Source of the DNA: Pirellulales bacterium
GTDB taxonomy: Bacteria > Planctomycetota > Planctomycetia > Pirellulales > PALSA-1355
Reading direction: 5' to 3'
Length of the DNA stretch: 64,000 bases
NCBI GenBank assembly: GCA_963733035.1
Contig: CAVTBU010000005.1
Coordinates: forward strand, 800,001-864,000
Below are positions 10,961 through 20,699 of the stretch, in pieces. The stretch's first letter is position 1, and every line of letters starts with the position of its first letter. Below the pieces are notes generated by a model, which was not told the DNA's origin, ran no database searches, and saw only the letters and a list, made by a program, of their open reading frames with translations. The position numbers were made by a program, and so were the translations under genes.

Positions 10961-11644
10961 TCACGTCTGCCCATCGATATTGCTGAAGTCAATCCGTCGG
11001 CCGCGGCGGACTTGCTCGGCTCGCCGCGCCTTGTCGATCTCACCGGCCACGGACTCGACGTTTTCAATGCCCGAGAGAGGCAACCGCGGGTGAGTTCGGT
11101 CGGCTGATGAAATGATGATCGTACCGACACCGACGGCGCGTTCGAACAGCCCCTGCGACCAAGTGACGTCATGGACTTCGATCAGTTCGACTCGGTCGGT
11201 GACGCGATTGAGGACTCCTTGGCGGTGATAGAGCATCTGGTTCGTGAGCCGATAGCTCTTGCCCAGGCGATTCGCGGCCAGTCGCACGGCGGCAACCCCC
11301 CAGACCCCCACGATTGCCGCCAGCAGAATCCAGGTCAGCGCTGCCGATGTGGAAAAGCCGATGGCAATCACGAGCAGAGCCAGACTCGCCAAACCACAGA
11401 GAATCATCGTGCCGAGCATCGCCTTTGGGGAGTAGGTGCCCTCCCACAACGTTTCCTCGGGAACGTCGCGCGAACGCCCACTGGACGACTGCCTGGCACT
11501 CGGCGCAGACGCCGAGGATCGGATGGCCGCTTCTTGCGTGGTAACCGGCGGCTCGTCGAAACCGGAAGTTTGCAGTTTGGCACCGCACTGCGGGCAAAAA
11601 ACGGATCCGGGCGATGCTTCCGCGTTACAGACCTGGCAATTCAT
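10961..11644 (-). CDS. Membrane protein with N-terminal Zn ribbon and bacterial PH domain
   Basis: CQVC...FCPQCG, two TM helices, YRLTNQ...QGLFER..GVGTI. Confidence 0.7.
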   Translation of the reverse strand: MNCQVCNAEASPGSVFCPQCGAKLQTSGFDEPPVTTQEAAIRSSASAPSARQSSSGRSRDVPEETLWEGTYSPKAMLGTMILCGLASLALLVIAIGFSTSAALTWILLAAIVGVWGVAAVRLAANRLGKSYRLTNQMLYHRQGVLNRVTDRVELIEVHDVTWSQGLFERAVGVGTIIISSADRTHPRLPLSGIENVESVAGEIDKARRAEQVRRGRRIDFSNIDGQT

Positions 11645-11963
11645 ACTCGATCGATCTCCGCCGATAGGGTGCGAACGGGGCATTCAAGCGTAGTTCCAGT
11701 TGCGCGGCCATTATAGCGCTGTGGCGGTGCCCAATTCCAGACAGCATCGTCGTCGCCCCGGGGGCCGCAGGCACCGTGACACTTTGAATCATTCGCTCAC
11801 CATGTGCGAATCTTGCCGCGAACGCATGTTCAAATCGGGGGTGCGGTGCTATTCGGCTCTGCCGTTCTTGTTATCATGAACGGTGTTTGGGTGGCAAAAT
11901 TCTCGGCTAGGGAGGCGACTTGCCGACATTTTAGTATTTGGCTCGCACGCGCGCGAGTATTCC

Positions 11964-12590
11964 ATGAAATGTCCCAGTTGTGGCGTCGACAACGATCGCG
12001 TGATTGACTCGCGAGCCAGCCAGGATGGCTTCGCCATTCGCCGGCGGCGCGAATGTCTTGCCTGTCAGGCACGTTACAACACGTACGAGCGCGTCGACGA
12101 CCCGATGAGATGCCCTTTCTGCCACGAGGATTCCAACCGCGTGGTGGAAACCGAGATTGGCGAAGGCGGCTTTGCCATCCGCCGACACCGGGAGTGCCTG
12201 GCCTGTCGCCGGCAGTACACCACCTTCGAACGCAGCGAAGAGCGATCAATCAAGGTGATCAAGAAAGATGGCACGCGTGCCCCGTTCGATCGACAGAAGA
12301 TTCGCGAAGGGTTGGAAAAGGCCTGCTGGAAGCGGCCGATCAGCGATGAACAGATCGAATCGATCGTGGTGGCCATCGAAGGAGAAGTCCACGCCAGCAG
12401 CGAACCGGAGGTGCCCTCCACGATGCTGGGCGAGCTCGTGATGCAGCACCTCCGCAAGCTCGACCAGGTGGCGTTCGTGCGGTTCGCCAGTGTCTATCGC
12501 GAGTTCAAGGATGTCCAGGATTTCGTCGACGAACTCGACGAGATGATGGCCAAACGGGCCAATCCTCCGGGACATATTGCCCAGAACTAA
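11964..12590 (+). CDS. nrdR: Transcriptional repressor NrdR with duplicated N-terminal Zn ribbon
   Basis: MKCPSC...VIDSR...IRRRREC, second copy MRCPFC...IRRHREC, ATP-cone VIKKDG, and VAFVRFASVYREFKD. Confidence 0.9.
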   Translation: MKCPSCGVDNDRVIDSRASQDGFAIRRRRECLACQARYNTYERVDDPMRCPFCHEDSNRVVETEIGEGGFAIRRHRECLACRRQYTTFERSEERSIKVIKKDGTRAPFDRQKIREGLEKACWKRPISDEQIESIVVAIEGEVHASSEPEVPSTMLGELVMQHLRKLDQVAFVRFASVYREFKDVQDFVDELDEMMAKRANPPGHIAQN

Positions 12591-12609
12591 GCATCATGTT
12601 GAGCTCTGC

Positions 12610-13614
12610 TCAGTCTTGTCGACTGACGACCAGTTCACTCAACGCCGCGAGCACATCGCGTGCTTCTCCCGACGGCAGTTGTGTCGTTTCGGCACGCGCC
12701 TGTTCGGCATAAGACCGAGCCGTTTCGCGGGCGTACGCCAAGGCGTCGCCGCGCTCGAGCCAGAGCTTGATTTGGCTACGGTCGGCTCGACTTGGCGAGG
12801 AAAGCAACTCGCGAATCTCCGCCCGTTCATCCGCGGTGCTTTGGGAGAGCAGCCGAATCAAGGGCAACGTGAGCTTTTGCTTTTCCAGATCGGTGCCAAG
12901 GCTCTTGCCCATCGAATCCTCATCGCCGACGAGATCGAGCATGTCGTCGGCAATTTGAAAAGCAATCCCCAGGCACCGGCCGAAGCGGTCGAGCGCGTCT
13001 TCAGTTGCAATTGCCGCGCCTGCATAGTGTCCGCCCAGCCGGCAGCAACAAGCGCAAAGTTCCGCTGTCTTGGCCTCGATGATCGACAGGTATTCCGCCT
13101 CGGTGAGATCGAAATTGCCGCGGCTGTTGATCTGTCGAAGTTCGCCGGCGCAGACGATGTTTGTCGACCGACCGATCGTGCGACAGGCGTAAGTCGTTTC
13201 GAGTGAGCTCGCCAGATAAAACGAATGCGTGAACAGGAAATCGCCCACCAACACGCTGGCCTCATTGTCACTGCGGGCGTTGATGGTCTCGCGATGTCGG
13301 CGGAGGCTGGCCTCATCGAGCACGTCGTCATGGACAAGCGTGGCGGTGTGGATCATCTCCAAGACGGCCGCCAGCACGACGTGGTCGCGTGAAAGGACGC
13401 CAACGGCCTTGCCCGCGAGCAACACCAGGGCCGGCCGCAAGCGTTTGCCGCCCAGTCGAAAGGCATGCTTTACCAGGCTGTCGACAAACGGGTCGTCACT
13501 GGTTAATTCTCCGCGAAGTAAATCCTCCGACGCCGCAAGTTCGTCGGCGATCGGTGCATAGAGATGTTTCCAGTGACGAGCCAAAGCGTCTTGCTCGCGG
13601 ATCGCTTGCTTCAT
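12610..13614 (-). CDS. Polyprenyl diphosphate synthase (IspB/HepT-like)
   Basis: GGKRLRP, first Asp-rich motif HDDVLD, second motif FQIADDMLD, GKSLGTDL. Confidence 0.88.
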   Translation of the reverse strand: MKQAIREQDALARHWKHLYAPIADELAASEDLLRGELTSDDPFVDSLVKHAFRLGGKRLRPALVLLAGKAVGVLSRDHVVLAAVLEMIHTATLVHDDVLDEASLRRHRETINARSDNEASVLVGDFLFTHSFYLASSLETTYACRTIGRSTNIVCAGELRQINSRGNFDLTEAEYLSIIEAKTAELCACCCRLGGHYAGAAIATEDALDRFGRCLGIAFQIADDMLDLVGDEDSMGKSLGTDLEKQKLTLPLIRLLSQSTADERAEIRELLSSPSRADRSQIKLWLERGDALAYARETARSYAEQARAETTQLPSGEARDVLAALSELVVSRQD

Positions 13615-13643
13615 CGAGTGAAGTTCCTTCCTAGCCAGCCCAC

Positions 13644-14135
13644 TCAACCGGTAGCTCCCTGCGATGCGCGGCGAAAATGGCCGCTTCGGCCACCGGACTT
13701 TTCTTCCAATTGCACCTGCTCAATCACCATCTCACGATCGACTGCCTTGCACATGTCATAAATCGTCAACGCCGCGACACTTGCGGCAACGAGCGCCTCC
13801 ATTTCGACGCCTGTGCGGGCCGTGGCCCTGGCCGTGGCCGAAATTGCAACATGCGTGTCATCCGGAAAGGCGAACACCACTTCCACCGCGTCCAGCGGCA
13901 CCTGATGGCATAGTGGAATCAACCCGGCCGTCTGCTTGGCGGCCAAAATTCCAGCCAAACGCGCCACTTCCAGCACGTCCCCCTTGGTGACTTTGCGGTC
14001 GCGAATGTGTAATAGCGTTGCCGCCTCCATCTGAACCCGACCACTGGCCGTGGCTATTCGCTGGGTGACGGGTTTGGCGGCCACGTCGACCATACGGCTA
14101 GCCCCCTCGGCGTCAAAGTGCGTCAATTCGCTCAT
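13644..14135 (-). CDS. moaC: Cyclic pyranopterin monophosphate synthase
   Basis: LTHFD...[34 protein letters not shown]. Confidence 0.95.
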   Translation of the reverse strand: MSELTHFDAEGASRMVDVAAKPVTQRIATASGRVQMEAATLLHIRDRKVTKGDVLEVARLAGILAAKQTAGLIPLCHQVPLDAVEVVFAFPDDTHVAISATARATARTGVEMEALVAASVAALTIYDMCKAVDREMVIEQVQLEEKSGGRSGHFRRASQGATG

Positions 14136-14395
14136 AGATCGTCAACGGTCGAGAACTGGCGTACTAACCGCAGCCAGGGCCGCCGCATCACTGCTTGCAA
14201 CCCGAACCCCCACTGGGCAATGCGGAAATCAGACCCCTATTCTAGAATTCCAGGGCAAACCGTCGAGAGGTGCGGCGACAGGACCGTGCAAGTTCGGAGT
14301 TTTTGACCGCCGTCACTTTGCGGCGTAAAGCACGACAGGGACGCGCGTGCAGCAGGCCGGTGAGCGGATCAGGATGTCGTTCACCGTCGGCGCAT

Positions 14396-14426
14396 AAAAA
14401 ACCGTCGCGGGGGTCATCCGCGACGG
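14396..14426 (-). terminator. Intrinsic terminator after the response regulator gene
   Basis: CCGTCGCGG/CCGCGACGG stem with A6 on its + strand 5' side. Confidence 0.65.
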
Positions 14427-14475
14427 GTTGGTGGCGAGTCTTGGGCGCCCAGAAGCCCGGCGAGTCTGCGCCGCT

Positions 14476-15048
14476 TTAGACGAGTTCTTTGCGAGCACCG
14501 ATCAAGGTCCGGATTCGCTCGGCCAACAGGGCGGCGTCAAACGGTTTCTTGAAGGTCTCGTTGATGCTCGAGCGGTCGAAGCTGATCGAGCTGCCGTCGT
14601 CCGGCAACAGGGCAATCAGGATCGTGTCAGCATACTCGGGGTTGCGACGCAGATTCTGACAAATCTGCAGGGCTTCGACACGGCCGATCGAGAAGTCGAC
14701 AATAATGCAGTCGGGATGGAAGCTCTCGGCTTGGATGCCAGCCTCAAAACCGCTGGCGGCCACGGCCACTTTGAACGAGCGGTCGAGTGGCAACTTCTGC
14801 TTCAGGTTCTCAATCAGCACCTGGTCTTGGCCGACCAGCAATACCTTGGCCATGGCCTCGTCTTCGAGGTCGCCCAAGGGCATGCCGTGCTCTTTGAGGA
14901 ACCGGATCAAATACTCACGCGGAATTCGGCGGTCCTGGCTGCCGGGGATGCGGTATCCCTTGAGCCGACCCGAATCGAACCATTTACTTACCGTACGTGG
15001 GGCAACTTTACAGATCTTAGCGACCTGACCCGTTGTGAAGACCTTCAT
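14476..15048 (-). CDS. Excisionase-like HTH (HTH_17) plus receiver-like domain regulator
   Basis: FTTGQVAKICKVAPRTVSKWFDSGRLKGYRIPGSQDRRIP followed by a REC-like domain (PDCIIVDF, KPFD). GGAG precedes ATG 15048. Confidence 0.8.
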   Translation of the reverse strand: MKVFTTGQVAKICKVAPRTVSKWFDSGRLKGYRIPGSQDRRIPREYLIRFLKEHGMPLGDLEDEAMAKVLLVGQDQVLIENLKQKLPLDRSFKVAVAASGFEAGIQAESFHPDCIIVDFSIGRVEALQICQNLRRNPEYADTILIALLPDDGSSISFDRSSINETFKKPFDAALLAERIRTLIGARKELV

Positions 15049-15890
15049 CGCAGGCTCTCCAATTGACTCGCGCTGTTGTGGGAACTCAACTCCGGGGATG
15101 GCCCGCGGAGCAAAATCGCCCCTTGCTTGCGGCTGTTCGGCCTTTGGTCCGTTCCTTCGGTCCGGTTGTGGGGGCAACCGGCCTTCCGCAAACATCTGGG
15201 TCGGGGCATGACGTTATTAATCGCTTCTCCGGGGCGTGGTTCAGGTCCTTCTGATCCGAGCCTCGTTTCAGTCATCGGCAGTCCGGTGCGCTTGAGCGTC
15301 GATGAAAATTCGCAAGCCTTAAAGCTTGCCCATCGTTTCATGGATGGTTGAACTTTCCTCGTCGGGCCGAACTTCTCGGCTTGACACAAGCTTTCGGATA
15401 CGGGGAGGGCATGCGCGTGCAGCCGAGCGGTTCGACATTCGCCGAGTCCGATGGCTGTGAGCAAAACAGAACTTGTCTTGCGGCAGGTCCCCCCTGCAGC
15501 TCACCCCGCCAACTCCCGTTAAAAGTCGCTGGCGGAACAAACCTTCCGAAGTTAGTTTCGATTCACGGAGGGGGGCGACTTTAGAAACTTTCTCCAGTCG
15601 TAGCGAGCACTCCGGTCCTAGCGCCGGTGACGAACCTCCCGATGCGCCCGGCCAGGCAAGGCATGCTAAAGGCAAACCATTGTGTGGTCTGGCTTTAACG
15701 CCGACGGTTGTGGTGACCGTGACGGTTGTCCCCGGAACCGGGAACTAGCGAAAAGATAGAAAAAACCCACCTCTCCTCCGAACGCGAAGACCTCAACTCA
15801 CGTTCCCATTCTATCAATTATACGCCTGACGCGGGGCTGAGTTCGCCGCACCCCAACAAATGGCCGTCCAAGATCGGCGCTTGCACGGTC

Positions 15891-16769
15891 TTATGCGGCT
15901 GGTGAGCCTTGCCCTGCTCGTACGACTGGATTGGAGAGAGTGCCGATTCCCGTGATCGAGATGTTCACCACGTCGGCCGGTTCGAGCGTGAAGTCATCGT
16001 TTGGCACGATTCCGGTGCCGGTCAACAAGATGACGCCCTGCGGAAAAGAATTGTCGCGTGCCAGCCATCCGATCAGATTGTCGAACGATCGCGCCATCTG
16101 ACCGATGGAGGTCGTGCCGGCAAATGTCACCTCGCCGCCGCGGACAATCGACAGCTCGATGCCAACTTCACTTGGCCGTGGCATTGATGCCGCCAGAGTG
16201 ATCACTGGGCCAAGTGCGCAACATGCGTCATAGACCTTGGCCTGGGGAAGATAGAGGGGGTTTTCTCCCTCGATGTCTCGGGAGCTCATGTCATTGCCGA
16301 TCGTAAAGCCGACGAGTTGCATCCGGGAATTGAGCACCAGCGCCAGTTCTGGCTCGGGCACGTTCCATTTCGCGTCGCGACGAATTCGCACCCCCTGCCC
16401 TGGGCCCGAAACGCGGTGCGGAGTTGCCTTGAGAAATAACTCTGGTCGATCCGCCGTATAGACCAGATCGTAGAATACGGCGGCGCCTTCCGACTCTTTC
16501 ATCCGGGCAGCTTGGCTGCGTTTGTAGGTAACGCCGGCCGCCCAAACTTCCTGCCCGTCGAGCGGTGCCAGGAACTCCACGCTGGCCAAGCTCGCGTAAC
16601 GCGTACCATTGCCCAACAGCGAACGCACCACGGCTTCGGAGTCAGGTGCTTCCAGAACGGAAAACAGCGTCGGAAAAGTCTCCGACGCGGCGAGAATGGC
16701 AACGTTATCTCCCTCGACGACTCCAATGGCTTCGCTCTGGTCCGCCAGACGAATTTTGGCGAGTTGCAT
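15891..16769 (-). CDS. Fumarylacetoacetate hydrolase-family protein (2-keto-3-deoxy-pentonate dehydratase-like)
   Basis: QEVWAAGVTYKRS, RPELFLKA, PEPEL, GNDMSSRDIEGENPLYLPQAK, LLTGTG. Confidence 0.85.
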   Translation of the reverse strand: MQLAKIRLADQSEAIGVVEGDNVAILAASETFPTLFSVLEAPDSEAVVRSLLGNGTRYASLASVEFLAPLDGQEVWAAGVTYKRSQAARMKESEGAAVFYDLVYTADRPELFLKATPHRVSGPGQGVRIRRDAKWNVPEPELALVLNSRMQLVGFTIGNDMSSRDIEGENPLYLPQAKVYDACCALGPVITLAASMPRPSEVGIELSIVRGGEVTFAGTTSIGQMARSFDNLIGWLARDNSFPQGVILLTGTGIVPNDDFTLEPADVVNISITGIGTLSNPVVRAGQGSPAA

Positions 16770-17282
16770 GGTCGGGCTAACTCCAGTGGATTGAAACGAG
16801 GCGTCCTGTTCGCCGGGAAGCAGAATTCGATGGGTCTATTCTTGTTTCGCCAGATCCCGTTCGATCGGGCACCCGACTCTAAGGTCGCCCTCGCACGCCC
16901 GTCCGCCGACACGGCCGGACACGTGTCCAAGTGCCCTGCCAAGGTCCGTGTAGCCGTTCTGATGATCGTGATCGCGGAACACGTCGCGCATCGGCCGGGA
17001 CTCCTGAAGCCGGCGAATGTGTCGCCGGTTTCGTAATTCAATCCGACCCGTTCGCGGACTTGCCCGTCGAACTTCTGGGCGACGCGTTTTGTTTCAAAGG
17101 TCGACGACTCGAACGTGAATCAGAGCCAGTTCGTTTCAATGTACTCTTCGCGCCCATCGACTGCCATCGCTGAACCAAACGGGTGTTGGATGCCTGTTCG
17201 GCCGCCGCTTGCAATTCGCATCTGATCCAATAAGATGCCCGGTTCAGCCACCAAAAAGAACCGAAGCGGGGGAAACCAAACC

Positions 17283-18452
17283 ATGGGCCACCATCAGACC
17301 AGCTCGCACCGTCCTGGCAAACATTCTTACCACCAGATCGGTCTCGTACGGGGACAATTTGGCAACGTGCCGGAAGACCAATGGCTTGATTGGATTGCTG
17401 ATGCCGGTTTCGACGGTTGGGAAGAAGCGAGTTGGGAACTCGACCTCGCACGTTGCGGTGACGACGCTGGCGCCAAAGCCTATGCTGAGGAACGCGTGGC
17501 GAAAGCGAAGAAGCGGGGGATGGAGATCTTTTCACTTGCCGCACACCTACAGGGTCAAGCCCTGGGCGACGAGCCGAGCGCCAAGACGCTTCAGTTCCTG
17601 GGTGGCGAATCGGTCGAAGCCTATGCCAAGTGGCGCGCCGCGGGGAACAATCCGCCGCGCAACAACCCATTCCATGTGCCGGATGACGTCGCCGAAGTTA
17701 CGCGCAAACAGGCGGCGACGGCAATGGTCAACGCCGTCCGACTGGCCCATTTCGTCGGCAAGCTTGAAGACCGTGTGGTGCCCGTTTCAGGCTTCGTCGG
17801 CTCACCGGCCAACTGCTGGAGCCACTGGTTCCTGTTTCCACCGCTCCCCAATTCGCTGGGCGGACATCCGATTCCGGATGTCTACGAGGTGAGCCTGGAG
17901 TTGCTTGTCGAGCGATTCTCGCCGGTGTTTCAGGCGTGCTTGAAATACGGCACGACCTTTGACCTGGAGTGTCATCCCAGCGAGCGGGCCATGGGCGATA
18001 TCACGAGCGCAGGTGACTATCTGGCCGCCGTCGATAAGGCCGGCTTCGAAAAAGCCGCCGGATTCAATTTCGATTGCTCGCACATGGAATGGCAAGGCGT
18101 CTCAGGTGTCGACTTTATTCGCACCTATGGCGAACGGATCCACTGCGCCCACATCAAGGGCGTACAGGTGGCCAAGGGCTATACCCGCAATGGCCGCTTG
18201 GGAGGGCACAAACCAATGGGCGACCGGCACAACGGTTGGAATTTCGTGACGCCCGGCACGGCACGCGACGCCACGAATACCGAGGAACTGCTGGTCGAGC
18301 TCAATCGGGCCGGGTATACGGGTGCGGTGTCGATCGAGTGGGAGGACAACGATGCCGAGCAGCATGCCGGCGCCAAGACGGCCTTGGCCAACGTGCACCG
18401 AGCCGACGTCCCCCCCAGCGGCATGCGGCACGACGAACAGCTCAAGGCATAG
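17283..18452 (+). CDS. Sugar phosphate isomerase/epimerase (xylose isomerase-like TIM barrel)
   Basis: AAHLQGQ, LECHPSE, FNFDCSH, AHIKG, SIEWED. Confidence 0.75.
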   Translation: MGHHQTSSHRPGKHSYHQIGLVRGQFGNVPEDQWLDWIADAGFDGWEEASWELDLARCGDDAGAKAYAEERVAKAKKRGMEIFSLAAHLQGQALGDEPSAKTLQFLGGESVEAYAKWRAAGNNPPRNNPFHVPDDVAEVTRKQAATAMVNAVRLAHFVGKLEDRVVPVSGFVGSPANCWSHWFLFPPLPNSLGGHPIPDVYEVSLELLVERFSPVFQACLKYGTTFDLECHPSERAMGDITSAGDYLAAVDKAGFEKAAGFNFDCSHMEWQGVSGVDFIRTYGERIHCAHIKGVQVAKGYTRNGRLGGHKPMGDRHNGWNFVTPGTARDATNTEELLVELNRAGYTGAVSIEWEDNDAEQHAGAKTALANVHRADVPPSGMRHDEQLKA

Positions 18453-18638
18453 CCGACCCGGGAGGGTCGAATTGGCGTGACTTAGCGCGGGCATGGACAG
18501 AATTTCTCGGATTGCCTGTTACGCAGCATGCAGGTTTTCTTGCAGTTTTGCCAAGATCGACCATACTGAGGCGAATACTGCGGGAAGGGCATCATTTCCC
18601 GACTATCGATCGTCCTCTCATGAAAGAACCACCCCGTC

Positions 18639-18908
18639 ATGGACTTTCCCATCGAAGCGATCATTGGAATCTGCGTGCCCTTCGCCTCCTTTGTCATTGT
18701 GGGAATCACGCTGATACTGTCGATCAACAAGCGCAAGATGCAACGCGACGACATGGAAGCCACGCTGAAGATGGAAATGATTGAGCGCGGTATGCCGGCC
18801 GAAGAAATCGAACGGGTGCTCGCGGCCCGAATGGGGCCGCCCCGCGGCGGTTGCAAACATCGCGGGTATCGCAGACCCGCGGAGTATCAGGGCGACGTGC
18901 GACGTTAG
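18639..18908 (+). CDS. Small single-pass membrane protein
   Basis: N-terminal TM helix, then LKMEMIERGMPAEEIERVL. Fills the gap between neighbouring genes. Confidence 0.65.
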   Translation: MDFPIEAIIGICVPFASFVIVGITLILSINKRKMQRDDMEATLKMEMIERGMPAEEIERVLAARMGPPRGGCKHRGYRRPAEYQGDVRR

Positions 18909-18925
18909 AACGACTGACCGGCAAA

Positions 18926-19816
18926 TTACTTTGCCGGCCAGTACTCCGCGATCTTCCGCCGCAAGAATTCGGCACTGCGCTTGAGTTGATCGATTCCGTC
19001 GACACCGTCCTCGATGCTGATCCAGCCGTCAAAGCCGACGCCGGCCAGCTTGCTAAAGATCTGATCGTAGTCGTTCATGCCCTGTCCAATCTCGCCATGC
19101 CGTAGCCGGCTGGCATAGCCCACGCTGTCTTCTTCCTTGCGCAGGTCCTCGATCGTGCCCTCGGCCAAATAGCGGTCACTGGCATGCATCGTGACGACGC
19201 GATGCTTCACTCGCTCCAATAGCTCCAGCGGATCTTCACCGGCCAGGAACGTGTTGCTCGGGTCGTAATTCACGCCAAAGTTAGGCGACTGGATCCGGGC
19301 GATCAGGTCGCAAAAAACGTCCATGTGCTGCGCGAATTCAGGATACTGCCAGTAGTTGTCCTTGTAGTGGTTTTCCAAGATCAGCGTCACACCACCGGCC
19401 TTCGCGTGCGGGATGCAGGCTTCGATGCACTCGGCTGCATAGCGAATGCCCTCCTCGCGCGAGACCTCGGGACGTCGCTGTCCGGAAAGCACCCGGCAAA
19501 ATCGCCCGCCGAGTTCAACCGTCATGTCGATCCAGCCTTTTTCCAATTCAATCTGCTGGCGACGGAACTCCTCGTCGGGATGCGTGAAGTCCGGCGAGCA
19601 ACAAAGCATCGGAATGGTGAGCCCTTTGTCCTCGACAATCTTGCGTGCCTGGCGCCAATTCCGGCTGTCCTTCAGTTCCAAGAACCCGCTGTAGAATTCG
19701 AGACCGTCGATATCGAGATGCGTGGTCGCCAGATCGACCCAATCGCGAATCGTCATCGAGCCGTCGACGACGAGATTGTCCATGTAGGCCTTGGGAAAGG
19801 CAGCGAGCTTTGGCAT
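18926..19816 (-). CDS. Sugar phosphate isomerase/epimerase TIM barrel
   Basis: LENHYKD, NYDPSN, MHASDR, WISIEDG. Confidence 0.8.
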   Translation of the reverse strand: MPKLAAFPKAYMDNLVVDGSMTIRDWVDLATTHLDIDGLEFYSGFLELKDSRNWRQARKIVEDKGLTIPMLCCSPDFTHPDEEFRRQQIELEKGWIDMTVELGGRFCRVLSGQRRPEVSREEGIRYAAECIEACIPHAKAGGVTLILENHYKDNYWQYPEFAQHMDVFCDLIARIQSPNFGVNYDPSNTFLAGEDPLELLERVKHRVVTMHASDRYLAEGTIEDLRKEEDSVGYASRLRHGEIGQGMNDYDQIFSKLAGVGFDGWISIEDGVDGIDQLKRSAEFLRRKIAEYWPAK

Positions 19817-19908
19817 GGGATAGTGTTGCTGCTTCGTGGTTGGTGGTTAGCGATCTAGAATCGGATTCGGCGATGCTTGCGTGACTGGTTTTCTCGTGGC
19901 TTGGCCGG

Positions 19909-20688
19909 CTATTCCGTCACTTCTTTGGGTGGATTTCGCCCGACAACGGGATGCTGTTCCAGGTCCACGATACTGCCGCTGATCGGGTAGCTTTCATCGC
20001 TCATCCAATAGACAGCGGCGGCCGCAATTTCTTCCGGCTTGAGCAGGCGGCCAGAGGGAGCCTTCGTGCGTGGAACACGCTGTGGCCAGTCGGGTGGCAG
20101 GCCGTCGGCAATCTTCACTTCGTACTCGTTCGGTGTCAGTACCCAGCCGACGTTGAAGTGGTTGACGCGTATGCCGTCGAATGCCAAGGCATCGCCCAGA
20201 TTGCGCGAGAGCGTCACCAGCCCTCCCTTGGAACAGGAATAGGCCAGTAAATTTCTTTCGCCGCAATAGCTATTGAGGGAACCGATGTTGAGCACCGCAC
20301 CGCGCGTCTTCTTGAGGTGCGGAGCAGCAGCCTGAATCAACAAGAGCGGCGCCCGCAAGTTAATGGCAATGATCCGATCAAATAATTCGACCGTGGTGTT
20401 CTCGAGGTTGCTGCGCTGCACCGAGGCGGCATTATTCACCAATGCGTCGAGCCGGCCAAACGCTTGAACGGCCGCTTCGATCATGCGTGGCGCCGCCGCC
20501 GGATCGGAGATATCGTCTTTGTGAAAGACCGCGCGGCCGGAAAGCTCCGCCACCAAGGCCTGGCCGCGGGCTTCGTCGCGTCCGTGGATCAGCACACGCG
20601 CCCCTTCAGCCACGGCACGGCGAGCGATCGCCTCGCCAATGCCGGTCGTGCTGCCGGTTACCAGAATGCATTTGTCTTGGAGTCGCAT
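19909..20688 (-). CDS. Short-chain dehydrogenase/reductase
   Basis: VTGSTTGIG, LVNNA, catalytic YSCSK. Confidence 0.88.
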   Translation of the reverse strand: MRLQDKCILVTGSTTGIGEAIARRAVAEGARVLIHGRDEARGQALVAELSGRAVFHKDDISDPAAAPRMIEAAVQAFGRLDALVNNAASVQRSNLENTTVELFDRIIAINLRAPLLLIQAAAPHLKKTRGAVLNIGSLNSYCGERNLLAYSCSKGGLVTLSRNLGDALAFDGIRVNHFNVGWVLTPNEYEVKIADGLPPDWPQRVPRTKAPSGRLLKPEEIAAAAVYWMSDESYPISGSIVDLEQHPVVGRNPPKEVTE

Positions 20689-20699
20689 GGAAAGGACGG

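Noticed and set aside
15271..15296. Sigma-28-like TCAAG...GCCGATGA on the - strand
   Set aside because: The spacer is shorter than the consensus, so support is insufficient.
15668..15710. GGCAAACC resembling a c-di-GMP-I riboswitch
   Set aside because: It lacks the GNRA loop and the downstream GACGCAAAG, and it is on the strand opposite the nearby genes.
16780..17170. Possible small - strand ORF (MAVDGREEYIETNWL*FTFE...; CATC motif) or TGA read-through
   Set aside because: No recognisable family, the frames conflict, and no SECIS-like support is visible. Left unannotated.
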